A stretch of DNA of 55,857 bases from Clostridiales bacterium. GTDB taxonomy: Bacteria > Bacillota > Limnochordia > Darwinibacteriales > B1SED10-159. Position 1 is the first letter of the stretch, and each line of letters opens with the position of its first letter. Positions 47,476 to 55,857 of this stretch are shown piece by piece. Made by a program: the position numbers and the translations under genes. The DNA lies in contig PUOC01000169.1 of the NCBI GenBank assembly GCA_003551965.1, positions 1 to 55,857 on the forward strand, written 5' to 3'. The notes below the pieces were generated by a model. The model saw only the letters and a list, made by a program, of their open reading frames with translations, had not been told where the DNA came from and did no database searches.

Positions 47476-47841
47476 CTAAAATTCCAAACCGCCTTCCCTG
47501 GCGCCTTCAGCCAAGGATGCCACACGTCCATGATACAGGAACCCGCCGCGATCGTAGGTCACTTTGGTTATTCCTTTGGCTTTGGCCCTTTCGGCCAACA
47601 GCTTCCCTATCTCTTTGGCAGCTTCGCGGTTCTTTGTGCTATCCATTTTACCCTTCACCTCTGGCTCCACTGTGGAAGCCGCTACTAGGGTGTGCCCCTG
47701 GAAATCATCTATGATCTGAGCGTGCATATGACTCAGACTGCGGTACACATTGAGGCGCGGACGCTCTGCGGTACCGATCACTTTTTTGCGGGTCCGCTTT
47801 TGGCGGCGCTGACGGGCTAACCGCCGGTTAAACTTGGCCAT
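47476..47841 (-). CDS. rplR: 50S ribosomal protein L18
   Basis: The translation reads [46 protein letters not shown]... Confidence 0.95.
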   Translation of the reverse strand: MAKFNRRLARQRRQKRTRKKVIGTAERPRLNVYRSLSHMHAQIIDDFQGHTLVAASTVEPEVKGKMDSTKNREAAKEIGKLLAERAKAKGITKVTYDRGGFLYHGRVASLAEGAREGGLEF

Positions 47842-47894
47842 GGATCTCACCACCTTTTCTGATGACGTACAAATCTCTGCGTCGTCGCGGCTGT

Positions 47895-48440
47895 TTACCT
47901 TGCTGCCTTACCGGCCTTACCTGCCTTGCGCCGGACATGTTCTCCCTGATAGCGTATGCCCTTGCCGAGATACGGTTCCGGCGGACGCTTGTCACGGATA
48001 TTGGCTGCCACCTGGCCTACCAATTCTTTGTCGATGCCCTTCACGGCAATGCGCGTAGGGGCAGGCACTTCAAACTCAATACCATCCGCGGCGGTCATTT
48101 CCACCGGATGGGAATAGCCCAGCGACAATACCAGTTTCTTACCCTGCAGCTGCGCCCGGTAGCCAACACCTGTGATCTCCAGGTTACGCTGGTAACCGTC
48201 GGTGACGCCCTTGACCATATTGGCCACTAATGTACGGGTAAGGCCGTGCAGGGAGCGGTGTTCCTTATGATCACTGGGCCGTGTCACCACTACCGTGCTG
48301 TCTACGACTTCAATGTTCATTTCCGGATGCATGTCCCTTTGAAGCTGGCCCTTGGGGCCCTTGACCTCAACCGCTGAACCGTTCACCGTCACCTCAACGC
48401 CGCTGGGGATCTGCACTGGAAGCTTTCCAATTCTAGACAC
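47895..48440 (-). CDS. rplF: 50S ribosomal protein L6
   Basis: The translation reads [30 protein letters not shown]... The start is a GTG. Confidence 0.95.
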   Translation of the reverse strand: MSRIGKLPVQIPSGVEVTVNGSAVEVKGPKGQLQRDMHPEMNIEVVDSTVVVTRPSDHKEHRSLHGLTRTLVANMVKGVTDGYQRNLEITGVGYRAQLQGKKLVLSLGYSHPVEMTAADGIEFEVPAPTRIAVKGIDKELVGQVAANIRDKRPPEPYLGKGIRYQGEHVRRKAGKAGKAAR

Positions 48441-48452
48441 TGTTATCCCCCC

Positions 48453-48851
48453 TTACCATACGTAGCAGACTACTTCGCCGCCGACACCTTCGGTGCGGGC
48501 TTGTTTATCGGTCATGACTCCGCCGGACGTAGAAAGGATAGCCACGCCTAATCCTCCCAATACCCGGGGAACCTCTTCTTTGTTGGCATAGACCCGCAAG
48601 CCGGGCTTACTAATGCGCTTTATACCCGTAATTACCCGTTCCTTTCCGGCCCCATACTTGAGAAAGATGCGCAGATTGCCCTGCTTTTTGTTTTCGATGA
48701 ATTTATATTCGCGGATAAATCCTTCTTCCTTGAGTATCCGTGCTAATTCCAACTTGAACTTTGATCCCGGAACATCCACAGTATCGTCCTTTACAGAACT
48801 GGCATTCCGGATCCGGGTAAGCATATCCGCAATAGGGTCAGTCATTACCAT
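48453..48851 (-). CDS. rpsH: 30S ribosomal protein S8
   Basis: The translation reads [17 protein letters not shown]... Confidence 0.96.
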   Translation of the reverse strand: MVMTDPIADMLTRIRNASSVKDDTVDVPGSKFKLELARILKEEGFIREYKFIENKKQGNLRIFLKYGAGKERVITGIKRISKPGLRVYANKEEVPRVLGGLGVAILSTSGGVMTDKQARTEGVGGEVVCYVW

Positions 48852-48886
48852 TCGGGTTACCTCCTTTCAAGCATCAAGCTTGCATC

Positions 48887-49072
48887 TTACCAACTGGCCT
48901 TGGTCACACCGGGAATTTCGCCTTCATGAGCCAAATTCCGGAAGCAGACCCGGCACAGCTCGAAGCGGCGCATATATCCCCTGGGCCGTCCGCAGACCTT
49001 ACAGCGGTTTACCCTTCGGGTGCTGAACTTCGGCTTACGCGATGCTCTGACGATCATAGACGTCTTTGCCAC
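48887..49072 (-). CDS. rpsZ: 30S ribosomal protein S14, type Z (zinc-binding, 61 aa)
   Basis: The translation reads [45 protein letters not shown]... Confidence 0.95.
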   Translation of the reverse strand: MAKTSMIVRASRKPKFSTRRVNRCKVCGRPRGYMRRFELCRVCFRNLAHEGEIPGVTKASW

Positions 49073-49085
49073 GGTATCTCTCCTT

Positions 49086-49628
49086 TCAGCTTCTAAACGG
49101 CATACCCATCAGCCTCAGCAGTTCAAAGGCCTCTTCGTCGGTATCCGCGGTGGTCGCCATGACCACTTCCAGGCCTCTTAGTTTATCGATCTTGTCATAC
49201 TCCATTTCTGGAAAAATCAGCTGTTCCCGCAACCCCAAACTGTAGTTCCCCCGCCCGTCAAAGGATCTCGGCGATACACCTTGGAAATCACGGATGCGCG
49301 GCAGTGCCACACTGATCAACCGATCAAGGAACTCGTACATCCGCTCGCCCCGCAGCGTTACCTTTACACCAATGGGCATACCTTCCCGCACTTTAAAGGC
49401 AGCAATGGATTTCTTGGCCCTGGTGATAATCGGTTTCTGCCCGGTAATCGCTGCAATGTCCCGAACCGTATTGTCGAGCACCTTCGGATCCTGGGTCGCC
49501 TCGCCGACCCCTACGTTGACTACGATCTTATCTATCTTAGGAACCTGCATTACATTGGCGTATTCAAACCGCTCTTTGAGGGCAGGCACCACGTCCGTCT
49601 GATACATTTCCTTAAGCCGTGCCATCAC
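49086..49628 (-). CDS. rplE: 50S ribosomal protein L5
   Basis: The translation reads ..[41 protein letters not shown]... Confidence 0.96.
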   Translation of the reverse strand: MMARLKEMYQTDVVPALKERFEYANVMQVPKIDKIVVNVGVGEATQDPKVLDNTVRDIAAITGQKPIITRAKKSIAAFKVREGMPIGVKVTLRGERMYEFLDRLISVALPRIRDFQGVSPRSFDGRGNYSLGLREQLIFPEMEYDKIDKLRGLEVVMATTADTDEEAFELLRLMGMPFRS

Positions 49629-49654
49629 GCTCTCCCCCCTTCTCTGTCAATTGG

Positions 49655-49975
49655 CTAGTCAATGGCCTTACTGCAGCGCTTGCATACCCTTACCACTTCA
49701 CCGTCGGCGCTGCGTTCACGGCCTAGCCGACTGGGCTTCCGGCAGCTGGGACAGACCAGACCGACTTTGCTGGCATCTATGGGCCCGGCCGACTCAATGA
49801 CGCCACCCTGCGGATTCGTCCGGGTCGGGCGGGAATGCTTCTTCTGAATATTGACACCGTCTACACGAACCGTGTGTTTTTTGGGGTGAGCTTCGAGCAC
49901 CTTCCCCCGCTTGCCCACATCTTCGCCGCTGAGCACTTCCACTTGGTCACCGGCTTTCACATGCATCTTGGCCAT
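49655..49975 (-). CDS. rplX: 50S ribosomal protein L24 (with a CxxC..CxxC C-terminal segment)
   Basis: The translation reads [45 protein letters not shown].. and ends ..[33 protein letters not shown]. Confidence 0.95.
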   Translation of the reverse strand: MAKMHVKAGDQVEVLSGEDVGKRGKVLEAHPKKHTVRVDGVNIQKKHSRPTRTNPQGGVIESAGPIDASKVGLVCPSCRKPSRLGRERSADGEVVRVCKRCSKAID

Positions 49976-49993
49976 GGCTCATCCTCCTTTCTC

Positions 49994-50362
49994 TTACAGC
50001 ACTTCAGGAGCTAAGGACACGATTTTCATGTATTCCTTTTCCCGCAGTTCCCTCGCTACAGGTCCAAAGATACGGGTGCCGCGGGGATTCTTCTGATCAT
50101 TAATAATTACGGCCGCATTTTCGTCAAAACGGATAAACGATCCATCGGGGCGGTGGGTAGACTTGCGGGTGCGGACAATTACGGCCCGTACCACTTCGCC
50201 TTTCTTCACTACGCCGCCGGGAGTTGACTGTTTCACGGAAGCTATGATCACATCACCGACCCGGGCGTACCGCGTTTTGGAAGCGCCGGGAACCCGAATG
50301 CACAACAGCTCGCGGGCGCCGGTATTGTCTGCTACCTTGAGCCGGCTTTCTTGTTGGATCAT
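49994..50362 (-). CDS. rplN: 50S ribosomal protein L14
   Basis: The translation reads [24 protein letters not shown]... Confidence 0.97.
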   Translation of the reverse strand: MIQQESRLKVADNTGARELLCIRVPGASKTRYARVGDVIIASVKQSTPGGVVKKGEVVRAVIVRTRKSTHRPDGSFIRFDENAAVIINDQKNPRGTRIFGPVARELREKEYMKIVSLAPEVL

Positions 50363-50396
50363 GGAAGCTCCTCCTTCCTGCTTAGATTCCAGGTGT

Positions 50397-50657
50397 CTAT
50401 TTTGCTTTTCGTATGATACCCGTCACTCGCCAGTGCTTATCCTTGCTAATAGGGCGGCTCTCGGTAATCTCCACTTCGTCTCCCGCATTGCACTGGTTTT
50501 CTTCATCGTGCGCCTTAAACGTCACGGTTTTTTTCATATAACGCCCATATTTCGGATGGCTGACCCGGCGCTCCACAGCGACAACCGCTGTCTTGTCCAT
50601 TTTATCGCTGACCACGAACCCCGTTCGTGTTCTGCGCTGTCCTCTTTCCGCTGACAT
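50397..50657 (-). CDS. rpsQ: 30S ribosomal protein S17
   Basis: The translation reads ..[42 protein letters not shown]... Confidence 0.95.
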   Translation of the reverse strand: MSAERGQRRTRTGFVVSDKMDKTAVVAVERRVSHPKYGRYMKKTVTFKAHDEENQCNAGDEVEITESRPISKDKHWRVTGIIRKAK

Positions 50658-50685
50658 GTGCGCTCCTCCCTTCTATCCTTGAGGG

Positions 50686-50889
50686 TTAAGCCCGTTTAAT
50701 GTTGAGTTCCCGTTCCCGTATGACTGTCTTGACTCGGGCAATGTCTCTCCGCACATCCCTGACACGCATCGGATTATCCAATTGACCCGTGGCCAACTGG
50801 AACCGGAGGTTGAAGAGTTCTTCTTTCAATTGCGTTAATCTCCGGTCCAATTCTTCTGTGGTCATGTCCCGGACATCACTAGCCTTCAT
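50686..50889 (-). CDS. rpmC: 50S ribosomal protein L29
   Basis: The translation reads [37 protein letters not shown]... The start was set to the ATG at 50889 (AGGTGA SD), overlapping the rplP end by 11 nt. Confidence 0.94.
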   Translation of the reverse strand: MKASDVRDMTTEELDRRLTQLKEELFNLRFQLATGQLDNPMRVRDVRRDIARVKTVIRERELNIKRA

Positions 50890-51310
50890 ATGCTTCACCT
50901 GCCCCATGACGAGCAACTATCTTGCACTTCACCGGCAACTTCGATGCGGCCAAGGTCATGGCAGCGGTTGCCAGCTCTTCGGAAACACCTGCAACTTCGA
51001 ACATGATCCGCCCTGGCTTGACCACGGCTACCCAGGATTCGGGAGCCCCTTTTCCGCCGCCCTGGCGGGTCTCTGCCGGCTTTTTGGTTACAGGTTTGTC
51101 AGGGAAGATCCGTATCCACACTTTCCCGCCTCGCTTAATATGGCGGGTCATAGCGACACGAGCTGCCTCTATCTGTTGATTGGTAATCCAGCCGGGTTCT
51201 TGCGTCTGGAGGCCATACTCTCCAAAGGCAATGGTGGAGCCGCGAATGGCTTTGCCCGTCATACGACCCCGGTGGACTCTGCGATGCTTGACACGCTTGG
51301 GTACCAGCAT
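50879..51310 (-). CDS. rplP: 50S ribosomal protein L16
   Basis: The translation reads [21 protein letters not shown]... The start was set to the ATG at 51310, 1 nt after the rpsC stop. Confidence 0.96.
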   Translation of the reverse strand: MLVPKRVKHRRVHRGRMTGKAIRGSTIAFGEYGLQTQEPGWITNQQIEAARVAMTRHIKRGGKVWIRIFPDKPVTKKPAETRQGGGKGAPESWVAVVKPGRIMFEVAGVSEELATAAMTLAASKLPVKCKIVARHGAGEAYEG

Positions 51311-51311
51311 G

Positions 51312-51977
51312 CTATTCGCCCCCTTTGGCCTGCTTGTTCTCGCTCCGTTCCGGGAGCACTTCTCCTTTGTAGATCCATACTTTGACGCCGATCTGTCCGA
51401 ATGTCGTCTTTGCTTCTGCGATACCATAGTCAATATCAGCACGAAGCGTATGGAGAGGTACATTTCCTTCCGGATTCCATTCCGTCCTGGCAATTTCTGC
51501 GCCGCCTAACCGGCCGGAGACAGATACTTTAATGCCGCGTGCTCCAAGGCGCAGGGAACGCTGTTGTGATTGGCGCATGGCGCGGCGGAAGGAAATACGG
51601 CGCTCCAATTGGAATGCAATATTCTCTGCCACTAGCTGCGCGTCCAGCTCAGGTGTCTTGATTTCCACAATATTGACCTGGATCTGCTTCCCCGTTAAGG
51701 ACTCGAGATCGCGGCGCAGCTTATCCACTTCCGAACCGCCTTTGCCGATCACCATTCCCGGCCGGCCCGTATGAATCGTTACCTTGGCACGATTGGCAGC
51801 CCGCTCGATTTCGATCTGAGAAACACCGGCTGTGAAAAACCGCTTCTTGATCAGTTCCCGGACCTTCAGGTCTTCATGCAAGAGCGCTGCATAGTTTTGT
51901 TTATTGGCATACCATTTGCTGTTCCAGTCTCGAATGACTCCAAGCCTAAAACCTGTTGGGTGTACTTTTTGACCCAC
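51312..51977 (-). CDS. rpsC: 30S ribosomal protein S3
   Basis: The translation reads [23 protein letters not shown]... The GTG start at 51977 follows an AAGGAGGA SD. Confidence 0.96.
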   Translation of the reverse strand: MGQKVHPTGFRLGVIRDWNSKWYANKQNYAALLHEDLKVRELIKKRFFTAGVSQIEIERAANRAKVTIHTGRPGMVIGKGGSEVDKLRRDLESLTGKQIQVNIVEIKTPELDAQLVAENIAFQLERRISFRRAMRQSQQRSLRLGARGIKVSVSGRLGGAEIARTEWNPEGNVPLHTLRADIDYGIAEAKTTFGQIGVKVWIYKGEVLPERSENKQAKGGE

Positions 51978-51981
51978 GCAC

Positions 51982-52320
51982 TTATTCCTCCTTTTCCCGT
52001 AAAATGACCGTGATGTGGCTGGTACGCTTGCGAATTCGGTCCGCCATGCCCCGTGCACGGGGCCGGATACGCTTCATGGTCGGCCCTTGATCCACATAGC
52101 ATGCCGCCACATATAAGGAATCCACATCCATGTCATGGTTGTTCTCAGCATTGGCCACGGCGCTCTTCAACAGTTTCTCGACGACTGTCGACGCGCGCCG
52201 CGGTGTGAACTGCAGAATGGAAAACGCTTCATCCACTTCTTTGTCGCGAATCAAATCAATCACCTGCCGCGCCTTCCGAGGCGACATGCGAATAAACTTG
52301 GCTATCGCTTTGGCTTCCAT
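51982..52320 (-). CDS. rplV: 50S ribosomal protein L22
   Basis: The translation reads [32 protein letters not shown]... Confidence 0.96.
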   Translation of the reverse strand: MEAKAIAKFIRMSPRKARQVIDLIRDKEVDEAFSILQFTPRRASTVVEKLLKSAVANAENNHDMDVDSLYVAACYVDQGPTMKRIRPRARGMADRIRKRTSHITVILREKEE

Positions 52321-52343
52321 ATCGTTTCACCCTCCCATTTGTC

Positions 52344-52622
52344 TTATCGACCCGAAGACCGTTCGCTGGCTGCGTGGCCCCGAAATGTCCGGGTGGGAGC
52401 AAATTCTCCTAACTTATGGCCAACCATTTCTTCGGTTATATATACAGGCACGTGCTTACGGCCATCATGCACAGCAATGGTGTGCCCAAGCATGTCCGGA
52501 AAAATCGTTGAACGGCGGGACCAGGTCTTGATCACCTGCTTTTTGCCGCTATCGTTCATTTCCCGGACTTTCTTCAGTAAATGCTGATCGGCGAATGGCC
52601 CTTTCTTTAAGGAACGACTCAA
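52344..52622 (-). CDS. rpsS: 30S ribosomal protein S19
   Basis: The translation reads [48 protein letters not shown]... The TTG start is 6 nt after GGAGGTG. Confidence 0.96.
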   Translation of the reverse strand: MSRSLKKGPFADQHLLKKVREMNDSGKKQVIKTWSRRSTIFPDMLGHTIAVHDGRKHVPVYITEEMVGHKLGEFAPTRTFRGHAASERSSGR

Positions 52623-52645
52623 TCCTTACACCTCCTCGAAAAACC

Positions 52646-53473
52646 TTACTTCTTCCGGCGTCTGGCGATCATGCGATCGCTCGGTTTGCTCTTGCGCGTC
52701 CGGGCACCCAGCGTTGGTTTGCCCCAAGGCGTTACGGGACTCGGCATTCCTACCGGTGCCTTCCCTTCGCCGCCGCCATGGGGGTGATCTGCGGGGTTCA
52801 TTACTACACCGCGGACGTGGGGCCGTTTGTTCATGTAGCGTGCTCGTCCAGCCTTGCCCATAACGACATTTTCATGATCCATATTGCCCAACTGCCCTAG
52901 GGTGGCCCGGCACTGCGCGTGCACTATACGGTATTCACCCGATGGCAGCCGCAGCGTAGCATATTTGCCTTCCCGTGCCATCAACTGTGCCGATGTACCG
53001 GCTGCACGCACCATCTGACCGCCTTTGCCCGCCTGCAGTTCAATATTGTGAACCGTGGAGCCCACTGGCATGTTAGCCAGCGGCAGAGCATTGCCTACCC
53101 TGATGTCGGCCCGGGGCCCCGATTCTACCCGATCTCCCACTTTAAGTCCTTGGGGCGCCAGAATGTAGCGCTTTTCGCCGTCAGCATAGTGCAGCAGAGC
53201 GATGCGGGCAGAGCGATTGGGATCATACTCAATCGCAGCGACCTTAGCGGGTACATCGTCTTTGTTCCGCCGAAAATCAATGATTCTGTAGTTGCGCTTT
53301 ACTCTTCCACCCCGGTGACGGCTGGTCATCCGTCCCTGGTTGTTGCGTCCCGCTTTGTTGTGCAGAGAAACGACCAGCGACTTCTCCGGCTCGGTCTTTG
53401 TAATCTCATCAAATGCAGCCACTGTCATGCTGCGGCGGCCTGGAGAGGTCGGTTTGTACTTTTTAATCGCCAT
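52646..53473 (-). CDS. rplB: 50S ribosomal protein L2
   Basis: The translation reads [29 protein letters not shown]... Confidence 0.97.
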   Translation of the reverse strand: MAIKKYKPTSPGRRSMTVAAFDEITKTEPEKSLVVSLHNKAGRNNQGRMTSRHRGGRVKRNYRIIDFRRNKDDVPAKVAAIEYDPNRSARIALLHYADGEKRYILAPQGLKVGDRVESGPRADIRVGNALPLANMPVGSTVHNIELQAGKGGQMVRAAGTSAQLMAREGKYATLRLPSGEYRIVHAQCRATLGQLGNMDHENVVMGKAGRARYMNKRPHVRGVVMNPADHPHGGGEGKAPVGMPSPVTPWGKPTLGARTRKSKPSDRMIARRRKK

Positions 53474-53487
53474 TGTTCCGTCCCTCC

Positions 53488-53775
53488 TTACAGTCCTTCA
53501 AATACTTCGATACTGTGGCCTGGCTCCAGCGTGACAATAGCCTTTTTCCAGTCCGGCCGTTTTCCTTCGGTGCGGCCCATTCGGCGCATTTTGCCCGTCA
53601 CGCGGCTGGTATTTACCTTGCGCACTTTCACCTTAAAGATTTCTTCCACGGCCTGCTTAATCTGGGACTTATTCGCCCTCAGGTCCACGCGAAACGTGTA
53701 TTTGTTGTAATCAGCCATAAGGTCAGTGCTTTTTTCGGTCACCACTGGGTTGACAAGTACGTCCCGGACTTCCAT
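53488..53775 (-). CDS. rplW: 50S ribosomal protein L23
   Basis: The translation reads ..[46 protein letters not shown]... Its ATG shares one base with the rplD stop (TAATG). Confidence 0.95.
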   Translation of the reverse strand: MEVRDVLVNPVVTEKSTDLMADYNKYTFRVDLRANKSQIKQAVEEIFKVKVRKVNTSRVTGKMRRMGRTEGKRPDWKKAIVTLEPGHSIEVFEGL

Positions 53776-54398
53776 TATGCAAGCACCTCCTCTAACTTCG
53801 CCACGGCATCCTGGGTCATCACAAGATGCTCGTGGTTGAGCACATCATATACATTGAGTCCCTGGGACTTGCTTAGTGCCGCATGCTTAATATTGCGCGT
53901 GGATTTTTCCACGTTGTTGTCCCACTCACCGATGACCAGCAGAGGTTTCTTCTCTACATCCAGCGAGCGCAGCACTGCGGCCATGACACGCGTTTTGGGT
54001 TCTGCCACGGAAATTTCGTCTACAATCACCAGCTTGCCTTCTTTCACCTTAGCACTGAGTGCAGACTTCAACGCGGCCCGGCGTGCTTTTTTTGGCATAC
54101 GATAACTGTAGTCCCGCGGTGCTGGCCCAAAAGTGGTGCCTCCGCCGACCCACAGCGGTGAACGAATACTTCCAACCCGTGCCCGGCCAGTACCTTTCTG
54201 CCGCCATGGTTTGCGTCCACCGCCTCGAACCATGGACCGGTTCTTGACGGCATGCGTGCCCTGGCGCCGATTGGCCGACTGGTTGACCACAACTTGGTGC
54301 AGCAGCGCTTCGTTGATCTCCGCTCCAAAGATACCTTCATCCAAATCCATGTCGCCGATCTGCTTTCCTTCCATGTTGAAAACGGCTACGTTTGGCAT
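53775..54398 (-). CDS. rplD: 50S ribosomal protein L4
   Basis: The translation reads ..[42 protein letters not shown]... Confidence 0.96.
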   Translation of the reverse strand: MPNVAVFNMEGKQIGDMDLDEGIFGAEINEALLHQVVVNQSANRRQGTHAVKNRSMVRGGGRKPWRQKGTGRARVGSIRSPLWVGGGTTFGPAPRDYSYRMPKKARRAALKSALSAKVKEGKLVIVDEISVAEPKTRVMAAVLRSLDVEKKPLLVIGEWDNNVEKSTRNIKHAALSKSQGLNVYDVLNHEHLVMTQDAVAKLEEVLA

Positions 54399-54431
54399 GT
54401 GTGCAGCCTCCTCTCTTCCGAAACTTTCATG

Positions 54432-55067
54432 CTATGCCTTGACCGATTCATTGACTATCACAAGGGTCCCCTTGGCGCCTGGAACCGAACCTTTGATCAA
54501 CAGCAGGTTGCGATCGTCATCGACCTTGATGACTTCCAAGCCCTGAATGGTTGTCCTGTTGCCGCCCTTGCGCCCGGCCATCTTCTTGCCCTTAAACACC
54601 CGCATCGGATCAATGGAGCCTAGAGCACCGGCGCCCCGATGGTAATGGGAACCATGGCTCATGGGGCCTCGGGAAAAACCGTGTCGCTTGATCGGCCCCG
54701 CAAACCCTTTACCACGGCTGGTTCCTGTGATGTCCACCCTATCACCTGCCGAGAAAATGGTAGCCTTGACTTCGTCGCCGATGCTGCCCTGGGCCAGATC
54801 ATCCTCTTCCGTGACACGGAACTCACGCAGGTAACGGCGGGGCTTTACGCCTGCCTTGTCAAAATGCCCTTTTGATGGTTTATTGAAAAGGCGTTCGCGC
54901 TTTGTACCAAAACCCAATTGCACTGCGCTGTAGCCGTCATTGTCAACGGTCTTCTTCTGAACCACGGTGCAGGGGCCAGCTTCGATTACCGTAACCGGTA
55001 CCAACGCACCTTCCTCGTTAAAGATCTGGGTCATACCGAGTTTCTTGCCTAAAATACCTTTGGCCAT
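54432..55067 (-). CDS. rplC: 50S ribosomal protein L3
   Basis: The translation reads [33 protein letters not shown]... Confidence 0.96.
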   Translation of the reverse strand: MAKGILGKKLGMTQIFNEEGALVPVTVIEAGPCTVVQKKTVDNDGYSAVQLGFGTKRERLFNKPSKGHFDKAGVKPRRYLREFRVTEEDDLAQGSIGDEVKATIFSAGDRVDITGTSRGKGFAGPIKRHGFSRGPMSHGSHYHRGAGALGSIDPMRVFKGKKMAGRKGGNRTTIQGLEVIKVDDDRNLLLIKGSVPGAKGTLVIVNESVKA

Positions 55068-55100
55068 TGTTTGCACCCCCTATTTTACCCTCATACAGGC

Positions 55101-55427
55101 TTAGTCTTGCAGTTTGATTTCAATATCCACCCCAGCAGGCAGATCCAAGCGCATCAGTGCGTCCACTGTTTTGGGATTCGGTTCGAGAATGTCAATTAAA
55201 CGTTTATGAGTCCGCATCTCAAACTGCTCCCGGGAATCCTTGTGAACATGCACCGAGCGCAGGACGGTAAAGATGTTCTTGTCGGTGGGTAAGGGGATGG
55301 GCCCGGAAACGGAAGCCCCGGTCCGCCTAGCTGTATCCACAATCTTCTCCGCCGAATTGTCAAGGATCTTGTGATCGAATGCCTTCAAGCGAATTCTCAC
55401 TTTTTGCTTTGCGGCTTGTTTTGCCAT
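55101..55427 (-). CDS. rpsJ: 30S ribosomal protein S10
   Basis: The translation reads [38 protein letters not shown]... The start was set to the ATG at 55427 after a GGGAGGA SD. Confidence 0.96.
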   Translation of the reverse strand: MAKQAAKQKVRIRLKAFDHKILDNSAEKIVDTARRTGASVSGPIPLPTDKNIFTVLRSVHVHKDSREQFEMRTHKRLIDILEPNPKTVDALMRLDLPAGVDIEIKLQD

Positions 55428-55732
55428 GGAATGTTCCTCCCTTTCGCCCGATTGTCGGACATACTCTGTAGAAATTTCCCCAAGCTGCACGCCTGGCAAC
55501 CTCCTACATCATCGCTGGCTGATGCCTGCCATACTTGACAGGGGAAAAGCGGCCTCCTCGGGACTTGTTGCCAAGAGACCCAAAAGCGTGACAGGATGGA
55601 GCGCGAACAGCGCAAAAGGATCATGTCCGCGTCCCCGTACAGTGTGAACCATCGCTCTTGGAGGTGCTCCAGCAAGTTCCTAGGGGCCGCTCTTCTCGCG
55701 TCCCTTAGCTCGATGGGTCAAAGCGCGATACC

Positions 55733-55857
55733 TTAATCGATAATCTTCGTTACAACACCGGCACCTACGGTACGGCCGCCTTCACGGATGGCAAAGCGCA
55801 GGCCCTCTTCCATGGCAATCGGTGTAATCAACTCGCCGTTGACGCGGACGTTGTCGC
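55733..55857 (-). CDS. tuf: Elongation factor Tu, C-terminal 40 codons (5' part beyond the right edge)
   Basis: Reverse translation of the window end gives [40 protein letters not shown], followed by TAA (complement of 55733..55735). Confidence 0.93.
   Translation of the reverse strand, partial: DNVRVNGELITPIAMEEGLRFAIREGGRTVGAGVVTKIID

Noticed and set aside
45017-54105. Many plus-strand ORFs of 130-310 aa inside the ribosomal protein / secY region (for example 45017..45787, 46782..47714, 52919..53710, 53473..54105)
   Set aside because: Every one overlaps a highly conserved minus-strand gene (secY, rpsE/rplR, rplB, rplW/rplD). None has a recognisable motif. They are antisense shadows.
55428-55732. 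The long (305 nt) tuf-rpsJ spacer as a hidden gene or novel RNA
   Set aside because: No ORF with an SD is present. Long structured S10-operon leaders are normal. I could not define a clear promoter or terminator by eye, so there is nothing specific to claim.
1-55857. CRISPR arrays, tandem or inverted long repeats, IS elements, integrases, prophage genes, toxin-antitoxin pairs and restriction-modification genes
   Set aside because: I saw none while reading both strands and the ORF track. This was a visual scan, not a computed repeat search, so short dispersed repeats could have been missed.

Overview
This is a GC-rich bacterial chromosome segment with Firmicutes-type organisation, judged by eye from three cues: a T-box leader, a Cheo-type LexA box (GAAC-N4-GTTC), and the gene order S10-spc-alpha operons followed by ecfA1-ecfA2-ecfT-truA-rplM-rpsI. 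From about 36.3 kb to the right edge, the minus strand carries the 3' end of tuf, about 30 ribosomal protein genes, secY, adk, map, infA, rpoA, the ECF transporter core, truA, rplM and rpsI. The left 36 kb is mostly housekeeping and metabolism. It holds ileS with a T-box, a ribokinase paired with an ADP-dependent sugar kinase, a NifU-like gene, queG, a Fur-boxed Fe3+ ABC importer, ltaE, a divergent ClC protein, rnhA, a GT4 glycosyltransferase, LemA, a flavin reductase, yigZ, tex, a patatin-like lipase, lepB, an MBL hydrolase, an orphan RND pump, an amidohydrolase and trxA. I saw no rRNA or tRNA gene, CRISPR array, transposase, integrase or obvious long repeat. I also could not identify a self-contained multi-gene system of a new kind. 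The most accessory and unusual locus is a LexA-boxed imuB-like / small ORF / dnaE2 mutagenesis cassette at 25.7-30.3 kb. It lacks imuA. The ImuB C-terminal module appears to sit in the -1 frame just downstream of a GAAAAAG run. dnaE2 seems to depend on a 10-codon upstream ORF for ribosome loading. All homology statements come from reading motifs in the supplied translations, not from database searches. Start codons were re-chosen where a Shine-Dalgarno sequence or the neighbouring gene made the longest ORF implausible.
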